A stretch of DNA of 64,000 nucleotides from an uncultured Clostridia bacterium (GCA_934254835.1 CAKQMI010000002.1:10240-74239), one strand, 5' to 3'; counted from the stretch's first letter, positions 36,760 through 46,242 are shown. The notes: generated by a model from the letters alone, not told the origin. Made by a program: numbers and translations.

Positions 36760-37456
36760 TCAAAATTACCTCTCGTTCTCCGAATAACGCCCTGCCGAGC
36801 CGTACTATGTTTGCGCCGTATCTCACCGCAATGTCATAGTCGTTGCTCATGCCCGCGGAAAGATATCTTATATCCGCATTCGTAAGTTTTGTCAGTTTAA
36901 GTGTATCATATAACTTGCTTAATTGCAAATAAAAAGACTCCAGCAAGGATTTTTCGACGTTGGGAAGCACGCTCATCAGCCCCTTTACCCTGACCGACGA
37001 ATACTTATCCGCCTCCCGCGCGAAATCGATGACGTCGTTTGGCGACAGCCCGCCCTTCTTTTCCTCACCGCCCATATTGACCTCGATGAGGATATCTTGC
37101 ACCTTGTCGTGCTTTTTTGCCTGACGGTCGATTTCTTGCAACAGGTTTATCCTGTCCACCGAGTGGATAAGGTCAACCTTGTCGATGATATACTTCACCT
37201 TATTGGTTTGCAGTTGTCCGATGAAATGCCAGGTGACGTCGGGCGTGTATTTCTCCAAAAGTTCCTGCACGCGGTTTTCGCCGAAAATTTTGACGTCGGT
37301 GTGGTCTTTTACAAAAAGAATTCTGTCCAAAGGCATAGTTTTGGACGCACCTATTACAAGCACGTCCTCCATACTTCTTCCGCTTTCTTCCGTCGCCGTT
37401 TTCAGGCGGTTTATTGCACGTTTGTAGTTTTCCAGAACTATTTCTTCATTTACCAT
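36752..37456 (-). CDS. yggS: YggS/YlmE-family PLP homeostasis protein
   Basis: 234 aa. VIGASKT (PLP Lys), WHFIGQLQTNKVKY and LSAGMSNDY. Confidence 0.9.
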   Translation of the reverse strand: MVNEEIVLENYKRAINRLKTATEESGRSMEDVLVIGASKTMPLDRILFVKDHTDVKIFGENRVQELLEKYTPDVTWHFIGQLQTNKVKYIIDKVDLIHSVDRINLLQEIDRQAKKHDKVQDILIEVNMGGEEKKGGLSPNDVIDFAREADKYSSVRVKGLMSVLPNVEKSLLESFYLQLSKLYDTLKLTKLTNADIRYLSAGMSNDYDIAVRYGANIVRLGRALFGEREVILNG

Positions 37457-37504
37457 ATCATATATGGTAACACTCGCCGACGCGCTTTGTCAAGCGACCT
37501 TAAA

Positions 37505-38176
37505 TTATCTTTCGTCCGAGGCGCAATCTTCCTTGAAATTTCCGCAGTTTTCACCCTCGATTTCATCGTTTTCGGCATAGATTTTGCTTATCGACACCTC
37601 GTAGGCGGTTTTTACGACAAGATCGCCGTCGATGTTTTTCTGATATTCGCGACTTTGTATCCGTCCCGCAAGCGTGATTTTGTCGCCCACTTCCAAGCTC
37701 CCCGCAAAGCGCGCGTTCCTGCCCCAAGCGATACACGGAATATAGTCCGACTTGTTGTAGGCGCGATTGACCGCAATAAGCGCGTCGCAGATTTCCCGCT
37801 TGAACGGAGTCGTGCGATATACCGTCGGCTTGCAAACGTAGCCGGTAAGTTCGATGATATTCGGGTTTCTTTCCTCATCGTCGTCGACGATTTCCCGCGC
37901 AAATACCGTCAGCATAAGCCTGCTTTTTCCGTTTTCAAACTTGTTGTAACTTCTGAATTGCCCGTCCACCGACAGCGTGTCGCCAACACGGATTTCGGTG
38001 TCTATCATCAGTCTTTCGGAAAGCGTCACGGGGATTACGTCCTCCTGCTCGGACATTCGCTTGACCGCAAGCATTACTTCGTAAAAGCCCTCGCCCATCA
38101 CCTCGTGCGTGAAGACGGGAGCCGTGATTACCTTCCCCGACAAAAATACCTTGTTGTTGATTTGTGCGTCTGTCAT
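37505..38176 (-). CDS. SSB-like protein with two tandem OB-fold modules
   Basis: Start set at the ATG preceded by GGAGA-N5. Module 1: NKVFLSGKVITAPVFTHEVMGEGFYEVML...VDGQFRSYN. Module 2: IELTGYVCKPTVYRTTPFKREICDALIAVNR...IPCIAWGRNARF...GRIQSREYQK. Both resemble the short clostridial ssDNA-binding-protein family. Confidence 0.6.
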   Translation of the reverse strand: MTDAQINNKVFLSGKVITAPVFTHEVMGEGFYEVMLAVKRMSEQEDVIPVTLSERLMIDTEIRVGDTLSVDGQFRSYNKFENGKSRLMLTVFAREIVDDDEERNPNIIELTGYVCKPTVYRTTPFKREICDALIAVNRAYNKSDYIPCIAWGRNARFAGSLEVGDKITLAGRIQSREYQKNIDGDLVVKTAYEVSISKIYAENDEIEGENCGNFKEDCASDER

Positions 38177-38199
38177 AATTTTCTCCATTTATGTGTTTT

Positions 38200-38961
38200 T
38201 TATTTTTTGCGCTGTACACCGTTGTTGTCGATAGTGTAGTTTTCTCGAAATACCAGTTCGTCAATCGACACCGCTTTGTATCCGTCAGCCTTTAAGCGCG
38301 GAAGTATGATTTTGAGCGCGTCCAAAACGTGGTCGCTGTTGTTGTGGAAAAGGATTATCGCACCGTTTTTGAGTTTCGGGATAACCCTGCCCGCAATCTG
38401 CTCGCCCGAAAGTCCTTTCCAGTCAAGACTGTCGATGCTCCACTGCACGCCCACCATATTTTTTTCGTTCACGACGCTCAAAAGTTTGTTGTCGTACTCC
38501 CCAAACGGCGGACGAAAATATGCGGGCGTTTTTCCCGTCAAGTCCCTTATTCGCTCGTTTACGCTGTCGATTTCCTTATTTATCTCGTCTTTCGACAGTT
38601 TGCTCATGTGCAAGTGGTTGTTGCTGTGATTGCCGATTTCAAGCCCCGCGTCCGCAATCAACTTGGTTTCTTCGGGGTATTTGTCAATCCAAAATCCCAC
38701 CAGAAAAAAGGTGCCGTCCGCGTCGTATTTTTTAAGCAGGTCGATTATACCTTTGGTTTTGTCCGCGCCCCACGCAGCGTCGAAAGTCAGCGCGACAACC
38801 TTTTCTTCGGTCTCCACCGAGTACACCGGCACCAGCCGTTTTTCGGACGCAAGATATACGGGCGCAACCCCGCCCACAGCCGTCACCGCAACAAGAAGCA
38901 CCGTAATTACCGCAACGAAAACCGCCTTCAACACGTCGTTCTTTTTCACGACAATAAACAT
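38200..38961 (-). CDS. Polysaccharide deacetylase (NodB homology domain; PdaA/PdaB-like)
   Basis: Start set at ATG 38961, preceded by GAGG-N5. N-terminal TM helix, then LTFDAAWG, HSNNH and LFHN motifs. Confidence 0.85.
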   Translation of the reverse strand: MFIVVKKNDVLKAVFVAVITVLLVAVTAVGGVAPVYLASEKRLVPVYSVETEEKVVALTFDAAWGADKTKGIIDLLKKYDADGTFFLVGFWIDKYPEETKLIADAGLEIGNHSNNHLHMSKLSKDEINKEIDSVNERIRDLTGKTPAYFRPPFGEYDNKLLSVVNEKNMVGVQWSIDSLDWKGLSGEQIAGRVIPKLKNGAIILFHNNSDHVLDALKIILPRLKADGYKAVSIDELVFRENYTIDNNGVQRKK

Positions 38962-39096
38962 CTTTACCTCATCATAAATTATTTTTTTATTGATTTTTTT
39001 CGGTATTTTTGCGGATTTTGTCGATTTTTGCAAAAAAACAGCGCAAAAAAAATACCCTAAAATAGGGTACTTTCAAAATCTTGGTAATATGACTTT

Positions 39097-42000
39097 TTAC
39101 TTGAAATACTTCACTCCACTTTCAAAAATTTTGGCGTCCCACTCGCCTGCAGAGTTTTGATATAAGGTGTCGCTCACGCGCGAAAAACGAGTGACTCGTC
39201 CGTAAATCCTGCCGTCGGGACTGAATATTCCGTCAACGGCGTTTGCGCTTCCGCACGGATTGAACGGAGTTTCCACAGTCGCGTTGTCGTTCAGGTCAAC
39301 GTACTGCCCCGCAATTTGCCCTTTGACGATAAGCGCGTCCATCAGTGCTTTGTCGGCGACGAACCGTCCGCTCTCTTCTGCGATTTGCGCCTTGAAAATA
39401 TCGCCCGTTTTCACGCCGTTGAACCAAGGCGAAAGGTTGCTTGTCACCCTTATTCTCCTGATTCCGCACGTTTTTTTCGCGCCGATATTGTCAATCAGCG
39501 ACGCCTTTATAAACTTATCGTCCACAAATTTTCCGTACGGCAACAATCCTGTTTTAAGGAGGGTATTAAAGCCTTGTGCGACGCCCAAAATAAGTCCGTC
39601 GCGGGACAACAATTCCTCAACGGCACGCTTAATTTCGTCAAGCGTAAACAGCGCGTCCATCAACAAATTTCCGTCCGATAACAACAAAATTTGGCAATTT
39701 TTCAACGTTTTTGCAAATTCTTCGGCATTTTTTGTAAAATCTTTTTCGTCGGTATCTTTCAAAATCAGCGTTTCGGTGCGCGCGCCCGCCACCTTAAATC
39801 GCCTTATCGCCTCGGCATCGTACGTCGTGTCGAACACCGGCATAAACACCTTTGGACGGGACACCTGAAAACCGCAGACTTTCTTTTTTGTGAAACTTAT
39901 CCCGAGGTTTTTCGTAAAACCTTCGCAGTACGTTTCGGTGGGGAATGATTTTTCAAAGGTTGACGAGTACGCTTTTGTCACGGCGTCGGCGCGTAGGGAC
40001 GCGTCGTTTATGATAAATTTCGGCACGTCGGTGACTTCGCCGACTTCCGTCAAAAACTTCCCGAATCCGCTTTCCCCTTTTTCCAAAATCAGTATATCGC
40101 CAAAATCGTTTTGGAACAAGGTTTCGTCAACAAACCCCGTCATATACAAGCCCATTCCGTTGCCTATTGAGGATTTTATCGCCGACACGACCACCCCGCC
40201 GTCTTTTACGACGGTTGCCGAATCGAGCGCGCCTTGCTTTGCAAGTTTTTGCACAATATCAAAGTATCCGCTTATTTTTTCAAAGTCCCACACGCCCGCG
40301 GTCTTCAAAGGAATTCTCAAAAGCCGTCCTTTTTTTGAAAACGTCGCGCCGACAATGGCTTTCATCGACGAAAACGCCGTCGCCGTCACCGTAATAACGT
40401 TGGTTTTTGCGGATACGATCTCGACGTCCGACACGGACACGCCCAAGTTTCTTGCGACGGTCATCGCGCCCAAAAGAGCGAGTTTCGCTTTTTCAAAGTC
40501 GTCCGTTTCGACAAAAATCGACGTTGTTTTGTCGGCTTCCGCGCCCGACGCGACAAGGCTTGAAAGTGCGGTAATTTGTGCGTCGAACCCGCCCGAAAAG
40601 TCGCACTCTCCGCTTGCCGAGGCAATCACTGCCCCGACGCCGTCTTTGACCTTAGTGACGGTGACGTTTTCTTTTGTCAGACGGTACTTTCCGCCGACGT
40701 TGTCAAACGCCGTTGACTTGCCGTCAAAGGTATCGTCAAGTCCCGCTTTCCCCGCGACATTAGGTTTTGTGAGTTCGTACAAGACGCCCTCTCTTTGACG
40801 GTCGGCGTTTATAAGTCCCGCGGTAATTTTATCGACAGGTTTAATATCGTATTTGATTGTATTTTCGGAAATTTTTGTGTTTTCGTTTGTTTTTTCAAGC
40901 AAAATTGTATTTTTGAAAACAGTTTTGCCTTTGATTTTTATCGTGGTTTCGTCGTTATTTACGCTTCCGATTTCGACGGCGCAAATATTTTCCGCCCTCA
41001 ATATCTTGATTAAGGATTTTGCGTTTTCCGTCACAACGAAAAGAGAGTTTTCAAGCATGCGTTTTGCGCTTTCGAACTCGACTTTTTTGAGGTCGATATC
41101 CACGCCGATATTTAAGACGTTTTGAAGATTATCGACAAAAGAAATTATCCCTTTCGCATCTTCGTTTTCAAAAACACGTTTGAGCTTGAACAGAGTTTCG
41201 GGTGCGCCGAAAACGTCCGCCGAAAGCAAAAGTACGGCGTCGCCTTTTTTAACGTCCGCAAAGTCAAGTTTTTTCACGCCCGCAACCGCAACGCTTTGCC
41301 CTGCGCCGACAAAACCATTCGCTATAAAACTTTCGTGCGACGCCGAGATATTTGCCTTTTCCAAAAACTCAGCCGTCCTTTTGGCGTTTTCAAGCGCAGA
41401 AAAACAACTTTTATTGTCCTTTGAAAAATACGACGTAACGACAGCAGACACCGGGACGTACCCTTTTGAATACGCTTTCAAAACAGCGGACACGGCATTC
41501 CCCGAAAAGGTTTTAAGGGTAAGTTTTTCACCGTCGTCGATTTCTTTTTCTATTGCGGTTTTTTTGAAAACTTCTTTGTTTTCTTCGATTTTTTTTGAAA
41601 ATTTAATGTTATCTGAGGAAATTTTTGCAACGTTTTCATCAAATAGATTGTCCAAAAATCCGACGTTGGTTTCTGTTTTTTCACTAAACAATCTTTTTAT
41701 TTCTTCTTCGATATTCTTTTCGTCGCACTCGGTTTCGGCGCGCTTAAATCGCACGTCAAGCGCACTTTTCAATGCGTCCTCGTCATCTTTTTTCACGCCG
41801 TATACCATGGCGATTTTTGCGCATTTGACGGTCACGTCCTCGCCCGTTGCGACCTTCACCGCCCTTTCGTACCTTTCGTTTTTGGCATTTTCGCACTCGT
41901 ACACAAAAACTTTGGCGTCGCTCGTGTCGACGCTTTCATAGATGTCCGTCGAAAATCCGTCGAAAAAAAGCCCCTTGCACTTTTGAAAGCCGTCATCGGA

Positions 42001-42138
42001 CAGCCCGAAAATCTCAAAACGAGAAAACTCAAGAAGCCCGTCGGTGCAAACCCCGCTTGCGGAAACGACTTTTGAAAGGGTGTCCCGAGACAGCGCGTCA
42101 AAGCCCTCTTTTTTTGCGCAATAGAACTTTCTTTCCAT
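39097..42138 (-). CDS. Degenerate paralogue of large phosphoribosylformylglycinamidine synthase (PurL-like, glutaminase triad lost)
   Basis: 1013 aa from ATG 42138, preceded by GGAG. The N-terminus RKFYCAKKEGFD resembles the clostridial PurL start. The C-terminal 250 aa align with the PurL glutaminase domain, but GVAQGFN replaces G-x-C-N-G-x-Q, IAEESGRF replaces the xHGEGR block, and VTRFSRV replaces the xHPER block. No ETHNHP-type or DxGAGGLS-type synthetase motif was seen. Confidence 0.7.
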   Translation of the reverse strand: MERKFYCAKKEGFDALSRDTLSKVVSASGVCTDGLLEFSRFEIFGLSDDGFQKCKGLFFDGFSTDIYESVDTSDAKVFVYECENAKNERYERAVKVATGEDVTVKCAKIAMVYGVKKDDEDALKSALDVRFKRAETECDEKNIEEEIKRLFSEKTETNVGFLDNLFDENVAKISSDNIKFSKKIEENKEVFKKTAIEKEIDDGEKLTLKTFSGNAVSAVLKAYSKGYVPVSAVVTSYFSKDNKSCFSALENAKRTAEFLEKANISASHESFIANGFVGAGQSVAVAGVKKLDFADVKKGDAVLLLSADVFGAPETLFKLKRVFENEDAKGIISFVDNLQNVLNIGVDIDLKKVEFESAKRMLENSLFVVTENAKSLIKILRAENICAVEIGSVNNDETTIKIKGKTVFKNTILLEKTNENTKISENTIKYDIKPVDKITAGLINADRQREGVLYELTKPNVAGKAGLDDTFDGKSTAFDNVGGKYRLTKENVTVTKVKDGVGAVIASASGECDFSGGFDAQITALSSLVASGAEADKTTSIFVETDDFEKAKLALLGAMTVARNLGVSVSDVEIVSAKTNVITVTATAFSSMKAIVGATFSKKGRLLRIPLKTAGVWDFEKISGYFDIVQKLAKQGALDSATVVKDGGVVVSAIKSSIGNGMGLYMTGFVDETLFQNDFGDILILEKGESGFGKFLTEVGEVTDVPKFIINDASLRADAVTKAYSSTFEKSFPTETYCEGFTKNLGISFTKKKVCGFQVSRPKVFMPVFDTTYDAEAIRRFKVAGARTETLILKDTDEKDFTKNAEEFAKTLKNCQILLLSDGNLLMDALFTLDEIKRAVEELLSRDGLILGVAQGFNTLLKTGLLPYGKFVDDKFIKASLIDNIGAKKTCGIRRIRVTSNLSPWFNGVKTGDIFKAQIAEESGRFVADKALMDALIVKGQIAGQYVDLNDNATVETPFNPCGSANAVDGIFSPDGRIYGRVTRFSRVSDTLYQNSAGEWDAKIFESGVKYFK

Positions 42139-42259
42139 AAAAACTCCAAAAAATAATATAAACATATTTTATTATCTAAAATATACTATGTCAATGAAAA
42201 CTTAACGCAAAAACAATTTCGTTGACAAAACGCCGACGGTATTCTAAACTGAAATCATT

Positions 42260-43189
42260 ATGATTGACGTATGTTTCGGAATATTGATGGATTTGTTGAA
42301 AACACGCAAGGTTACGGCGCGGTACTTGTCCGACAAGTACGAAATATCCATAAGAAGCGTTTATAGGTATATCGACGTTCTGTCGGCAAGCGGAGTGCCC
42401 GTATTTACCGAGCGCGGACGAGGCGGTGGCGTGACGATTGCCGACAATTACCGCCTGCCCGCAACTCTCCTCACAAAGGACGAGCAAAGCGACGTCTTGT
42501 CCGCCCTGTCCTTGTACAAAGGCGCAAACCCCGCGCGCGACGTGGACGCAATCCGTGACAAACTGCTGTCGGTCAACACCTCGGACGACGCAAAAAGCCT
42601 GATTATGTCGGGCGACAAACTTATCCTCGAAGGCGTCATCGGCGACGAAAAACTTTACCGCGCCAAAATCGAACCGCTGTCGAAAGCCGTGGACGACCAA
42701 AAAAAGGTCACCGTGGTTTATCACGACCGTGGCGGTGAAATCACGACGCGCACAATCCACCCGCACGCCTTTGTCCTCAAGGACTTCATCTGGTACGTCT
42801 ATGCTTTTTGCGAACTTCGGCAAAGTTTCCGTATGTTCAAAATCAGTCGTATCGAGAAGTTGAAAGTCACGGACGAGTCGTTTGACAGAAAATCGCGCGA
42901 CGAGTTCACCCCGTGGAATTTGTCCCCCGAAACGTCGCAATCGATAACCATTCTTTTGTACGTCAAAGAGGAGGCGCGCTACGGCGTCGAGGAGTGGCTG
43001 GGCGTTGAGTGCGTCAAACCGCAAAAAAACAAGTCGTTCCCTTACGTCGCCTCGTCGCAGGTCGCTTTTGACGACACTCTTATCCCCAAGATTTTGTCGT
43101 ATGGCTCGGCGGTCAAGGTGCTGGAACCGCAAAGTCTTGTGAAAGATATCGTCGCGTCCGCGCATAATATAAGTACTCTTTACGACTGA
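42260..43189 (+). CDS. YafY-family transcriptional regulator (HTH + WYL domain)
   Basis: 309 aa. The N-terminal HTH (KVTARYLSDKYEISIRSVYRYIDVLSASGVPVFTERGRGGG) is typical of DeoR-like/WYL regulators. A central WYL-like segment reads FIWYVYAFC. Confidence 0.85.
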   Translation: MIDVCFGILMDLLKTRKVTARYLSDKYEISIRSVYRYIDVLSASGVPVFTERGRGGGVTIADNYRLPATLLTKDEQSDVLSALSLYKGANPARDVDAIRDKLLSVNTSDDAKSLIMSGDKLILEGVIGDEKLYRAKIEPLSKAVDDQKKVTVVYHDRGGEITTRTIHPHAFVLKDFIWYVYAFCELRQSFRMFKISRIEKLKVTDESFDRKSRDEFTPWNLSPETSQSITILLYVKEEARYGVEEWLGVECVKPQKNKSFPYVASSQVAFDDTLIPKILSYGSAVKVLEPQSLVKDIVASAHNISTLYD

Positions 43190-43200
43190 TTATTTTGATG

Positions 43201-43229
43201 TTGACAAAACGCCAAAAAACCGCTAAAAT
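43201..43229 (+). promoter_or_regulatory. Sigma-A type promoter for the Sel1-repeat gene
   Basis: TTGACA (43201-43206), a 17-nt spacer and TAAAAT (43224-43229), 30 nt upstream of the ATG. Confidence 0.5.
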
Positions 43230-43258
43230 ATAATGTACGTTTAATAGGAAGTTTTTGT

Positions 43259-43945
43259 ATGGAAAAAATCGACATAGACAAGTTTTTGGACAACGATTAC
43301 GATACGGCGTCAAAGCCCGACCTCTCCTCGCTCACCTTGCAGGAACGCGCGGATCTCGGCGATGCGGACGCTCAAAATGAACTCGGCACCGCCTATATGC
43401 AAGGCTACGGCGTCCAACTCGACTACAAAAAAGGTCTGAATTGGTTCATAGAAGCCGCCACTCAAGGTCACACCGGCGCGTTTGCGAACCTCGGTGTGTG
43501 CTTCCTTACGGGGCTCGGCATTCCCAAAAACTATAAAAACGCATTCAAACTTCTGAAAAAATCGGCAGAACGCGGATACGCCCTCGCTCAATACAACTTG
43601 GGCGTTATGTACGAAAACGCTTTCGGCGTCGAGGAAGACTACGAGATGGCTCTTTACTGGTACGCCCTCTCCGCAAAACAAAACTATGCCATGGCAATCA
43701 ACAACATCGGCAACTGCTTTATGTACGGAAAAGGCGAACAGAAAAATTATCAGGCGGCGTTTTCTTACTATATGCAAGCATCGAAACAGAACTTGCCCCT
43801 CGCGCAATACAACGTCGGCGTGTGCTACTTCAACGGCTTTGGCGTCAACAAAGATATGGCTCTTGCCGAAAAGTACCTGCGCCTTGCGGCAGACGGTGGC
43901 AACCGCGACGCCATAGTCGCCCTGCAAACGATTTTCAAAAAGTAA
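43259..43945 (+). CDS. Sel1-like repeat (SLR/TPR-like) protein
   Basis: 228 aa with about five repeats of the A-x-x-LG-x-x-Y-x-x-G-x-G-V-x-x-D-x-x-x-A-x-x-W type. Confidence 0.9.
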   Translation: MEKIDIDKFLDNDYDTASKPDLSSLTLQERADLGDADAQNELGTAYMQGYGVQLDYKKGLNWFIEAATQGHTGAFANLGVCFLTGLGIPKNYKNAFKLLKKSAERGYALAQYNLGVMYENAFGVEEDYEMALYWYALSAKQNYAMAINNIGNCFMYGKGEQKNYQAAFSYYMQASKQNLPLAQYNVGVCYFNGFGVNKDMALAEKYLRLAADGGNRDAIVALQTIFKK

Positions 43946-43960
43946 ACAATCGGCAAAATA

Positions 43961-43992
43961 AAAACAACGCAGTTGCGACTGCGTTGTTTTTT
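43961..43992 (+). terminator. Rho-independent terminator after the Sel1-repeat gene
   Basis: AAAACAACGCAG-TTGCGA-CTGCGTTGTTTT followed by additional T residues. Confidence 0.75.
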
Positions 43993-44062
43993 AGTGTAAA
44001 ACATTTTCAATTAACAATCAACTTGACGTTTGAAAGCCGTGCGCTTTCGCAAAAGCGTCGCA

Positions 44063-44322
44063 CGCAATGACATAACTCTCATAAAAAGTCAGATTTTGAT
44101 GAGAATACTGCCCCAAAAGTACAAGTATCTTTTGGAGTTCCCGAACGTTTTTCTCGGCTGACTTATAATAAGGTTACCCTTCCGGGAGATTGCCACGTCG
44201 CTCTGCTCCTCGCAATGACACAACTCTCATAAAAAGTCAGAATTTTGATGGATTTTCGGGGTTCTTGACAGGTTCTGAAAAATCCTCAAATAGTCACCCT
44301 AAAACGGCGAGAAAATTCTCTC
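44063..44322. repeat. Composite array of short dispersed repeat units
   Basis: The direct repeat cgcaatgaca(t/c)aactctcataaaaagtcaga(a)ttttgatg occurs at 44063-44102 and 44210-44251. A gagattgccacg...tcgcaatgaca unit at 44186-44220 is related to 9817-9856. A partial ggttctgaaaaatcc unit and a ctaaaacggcgagaaaatt unit are related to 10085-10150. Confidence 0.7.
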
Positions 44323-44449
44323 AAAAAGTCAGAATTTTGATGAGGTTTTGACGTTTCTTTTGGGGTTCTGAAAATCCTAGTGTACTAATGCGTACACGGA
44401 TTTTCAGGTTCCCGAAAAAACTCAAAAGATCGCAAAATTATGACTTTTT
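44323..44449. repeat. ~125-nt palindrome-rich element enclosed by a terminator-like stem (AAAAAGTCA ... TGACTTTTT), second copy
   Basis: The interior matches 10146-10250. The outer stem differs in sequence from that copy but is self-complementary. The right arm abuts the stop codon of the minus-strand LURP-one-like gene. Confidence 0.8.
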
Positions 44450-44930
44450 ACTGGCTTAATATGCCGGTATTGCCCCGATGATGCACATGATCAAACATCA
44501 CCGCAATCGCCAAAACAAGCGGTATATTCTTTTCGTCATAGACGTCCACAACGTAGGAGTCGCGCACGAACGTGACCGTCTTGAATACCGACGCGATTTC
44601 CTGTCCGTCGCGAATGACCTTGTAGTTGTAGGCGAAGAAGGATCCGCTGATTTGCACGTTTATTCCGTTGAACTCGTACTTCGGCTTGAAGGTGAACTGA
44701 CGTTTTGCAAAGCACACCATCGTATCGCCCTTATAAAAGTCGAAGCGCGGAAGCAGGCGGAACATACGTTTTTTAATGCGGACGATTTCTTTGTCTTGCA
44801 TATCGTATACGCGGTATTTCCTGGGGAGCGCGAAGTTGCCCTTCACGACAAAGACGTTGTTGCCCTGTTCGTCCTTGATGAAGTACTTGCCTGCAATACT
44901 CAAGATTTTTTGATTGATAACGAATCTCAT
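44448..44930 (-). CDS. LURP-one-related / YxjI-family (tubby C-terminal-like) protein
   Basis: 160 aa. MRFVINQKILSIAGKYFIKDEQGNNVFVVKGNF...YRVYDMQDKEIVRIKKR is the typical DUF567/LOR pattern. Confidence 0.8.
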   Translation of the reverse strand: MRFVINQKILSIAGKYFIKDEQGNNVFVVKGNFALPRKYRVYDMQDKEIVRIKKRMFRLLPRFDFYKGDTMVCFAKRQFTFKPKYEFNGINVQISGSFFAYNYKVIRDGQEIASVFKTVTFVRDSYVVDVYDEKNIPLVLAIAVMFDHVHHRGNTGILSQ

Positions 44931-44949
44931 AATTTTCTCCTAAAAAAGA

Positions 44950-46167
44950 TTACATATTATCCAGCGTTTCCCTGATTCTCACCAGGAACTCGCGCGAATT
45001 CTGCGGTTTAACCGTGACGCCGTCCTTATGGAACATACCGGCGAGGTCTTTGGTCATAAAGCCGTTTTCTATTGTTTTGACTGTGGCTTTTTCCAGTTTT
45101 TCGGCGAAAGTTTCGAGGTCTTTATTGCCGTCGAGCTGACCGCGTTTTTTAAGCGCGCCCGTCCAGGCAAAAATGGTTGCGACGCTGTTGGTGCTGGTCT
45201 CTTCGCCTTTGAGGTGTTTGTAATAGTGACGAGTAACCGTGCCGTGCGCCGCCTCGTATTCGTACGCGCCGTCGGGGGACACAAGCACCGACGTCATCAT
45301 GGCAAGACTTCCGAATGCGGTTGCAACCATATCGCTCATAACGTCGCCGTCGTAGTTTTTGCACGCCCAGATCATACCGCCACGGCTTCTGATAACGCGA
45401 GCGACCGCGTCGTCGATGAGCGTATAGAAGTATTCGATACCCGCCGACGCAAATTTTTCCTTGTATTCGGCGTTGAATATGTCGTTGAAAATATCCTTGA
45501 AGCGGTGGTCGTAGGTTTTGGAAATGGTGTCTTTCGTTGCAAACCACAGGTCAAGTTTGACGTCAAGCGCATAATTGAAGCAACTTCTTGCGAAACTTTC
45601 GATGCTCTTGTCGGTGTTGTGCATGCCGAGAACGACGCCCGCGGATTTTTCAAAATCAAAGATTTCGACGCGTTTCTTTTCGCCGTCCTTACCGCTCACG
45701 ACGATTTCGGCTTTGTCGCCCTTTTCGACATAAGTTTCGACGTCGCGGTATACGTCGCCGTATGCGTGACGAGCGATAACAATGGGGCTTGTCCAAGACG
45801 GAACGATTGCGCTTATGCCGTCAACCACAATGGGGCTTCTGAAAACGGTGCCGTCCAAAACCGCACGAACGGTGCCGTTGGGGCTTTTCCACATTTCTTT
45901 CAGATTGTATTCTTCAACGCGCTGTGCGTTGGGGGTGATCGTCGCGCACTTTACCGCAACGCCGTATTTTTTGGTGGCGTAGGCGGCGTCCCAGGTGACT
46001 TGGTCGTTCGTTTCGTCGCGGTGGGTGAGCCCGAGATCGTAATATTCGGTTTTAAGGTCGATGTAAGGAGCAAGCAACAGTTCCTTTATGTCTGCCCAAA
46101 GTATGCGTGTCATTTCGTCGCCGTCCATTTCGACGAGCGGAGTGGTCATTTTGATTTTTGTCATCAT
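44950..46167 (-). CDS. icd: NADP-dependent isocitrate dehydrogenase (eukaryote-like type)
   Basis: Start set at ATG 46167, preceded by AGAGG. Contains [20 protein letters not shown] and [13 protein letters not shown] motifs. Confidence 0.93.
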   Translation of the reverse strand: MMTKIKMTTPLVEMDGDEMTRILWADIKELLLAPYIDLKTEYYDLGLTHRDETNDQVTWDAAYATKKYGVAVKCATITPNAQRVEEYNLKEMWKSPNGTVRAVLDGTVFRSPIVVDGISAIVPSWTSPIVIARHAYGDVYRDVETYVEKGDKAEIVVSGKDGEKKRVEIFDFEKSAGVVLGMHNTDKSIESFARSCFNYALDVKLDLWFATKDTISKTYDHRFKDIFNDIFNAEYKEKFASAGIEYFYTLIDDAVARVIRSRGGMIWACKNYDGDVMSDMVATAFGSLAMMTSVLVSPDGAYEYEAAHGTVTRHYYKHLKGEETSTNSVATIFAWTGALKKRGQLDGNKDLETFAEKLEKATVKTIENGFMTKDLAGMFHKDGVTVKPQNSREFLVRIRETLDNM

Positions 46168-46225
46168 AAAACCTCTTTTTCGTATTTTGAAATACAACCG
46201 CACTGCGCGCGTTATATTTTTGTTA

Positions 46226-46233
46226 ATTATACA
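46226..46233 (-). promoter_or_regulatory. Possible extended -10 element (TGTATAAT) for icd
   Basis: The minus strand reads TGTATAAT about 60 nt upstream of the icd ATG. No good -35 was found. Confidence 0.3.
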
Positions 46234-46242
46234 GAAAAAGAA

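Noticed and set aside
39097-43945. A possible WYL-regulated defence island (PurL-like, WYL regulator and Sel1 protein)
   Set aside because: WYL regulators often accompany defence systems. Here no nuclease, helicase, ATPase, methyltransferase or toxin-like gene is adjacent. The neighbours are a metabolic-enzyme paralogue and a Sel1-repeat protein. The association is not enough to claim a defence function.
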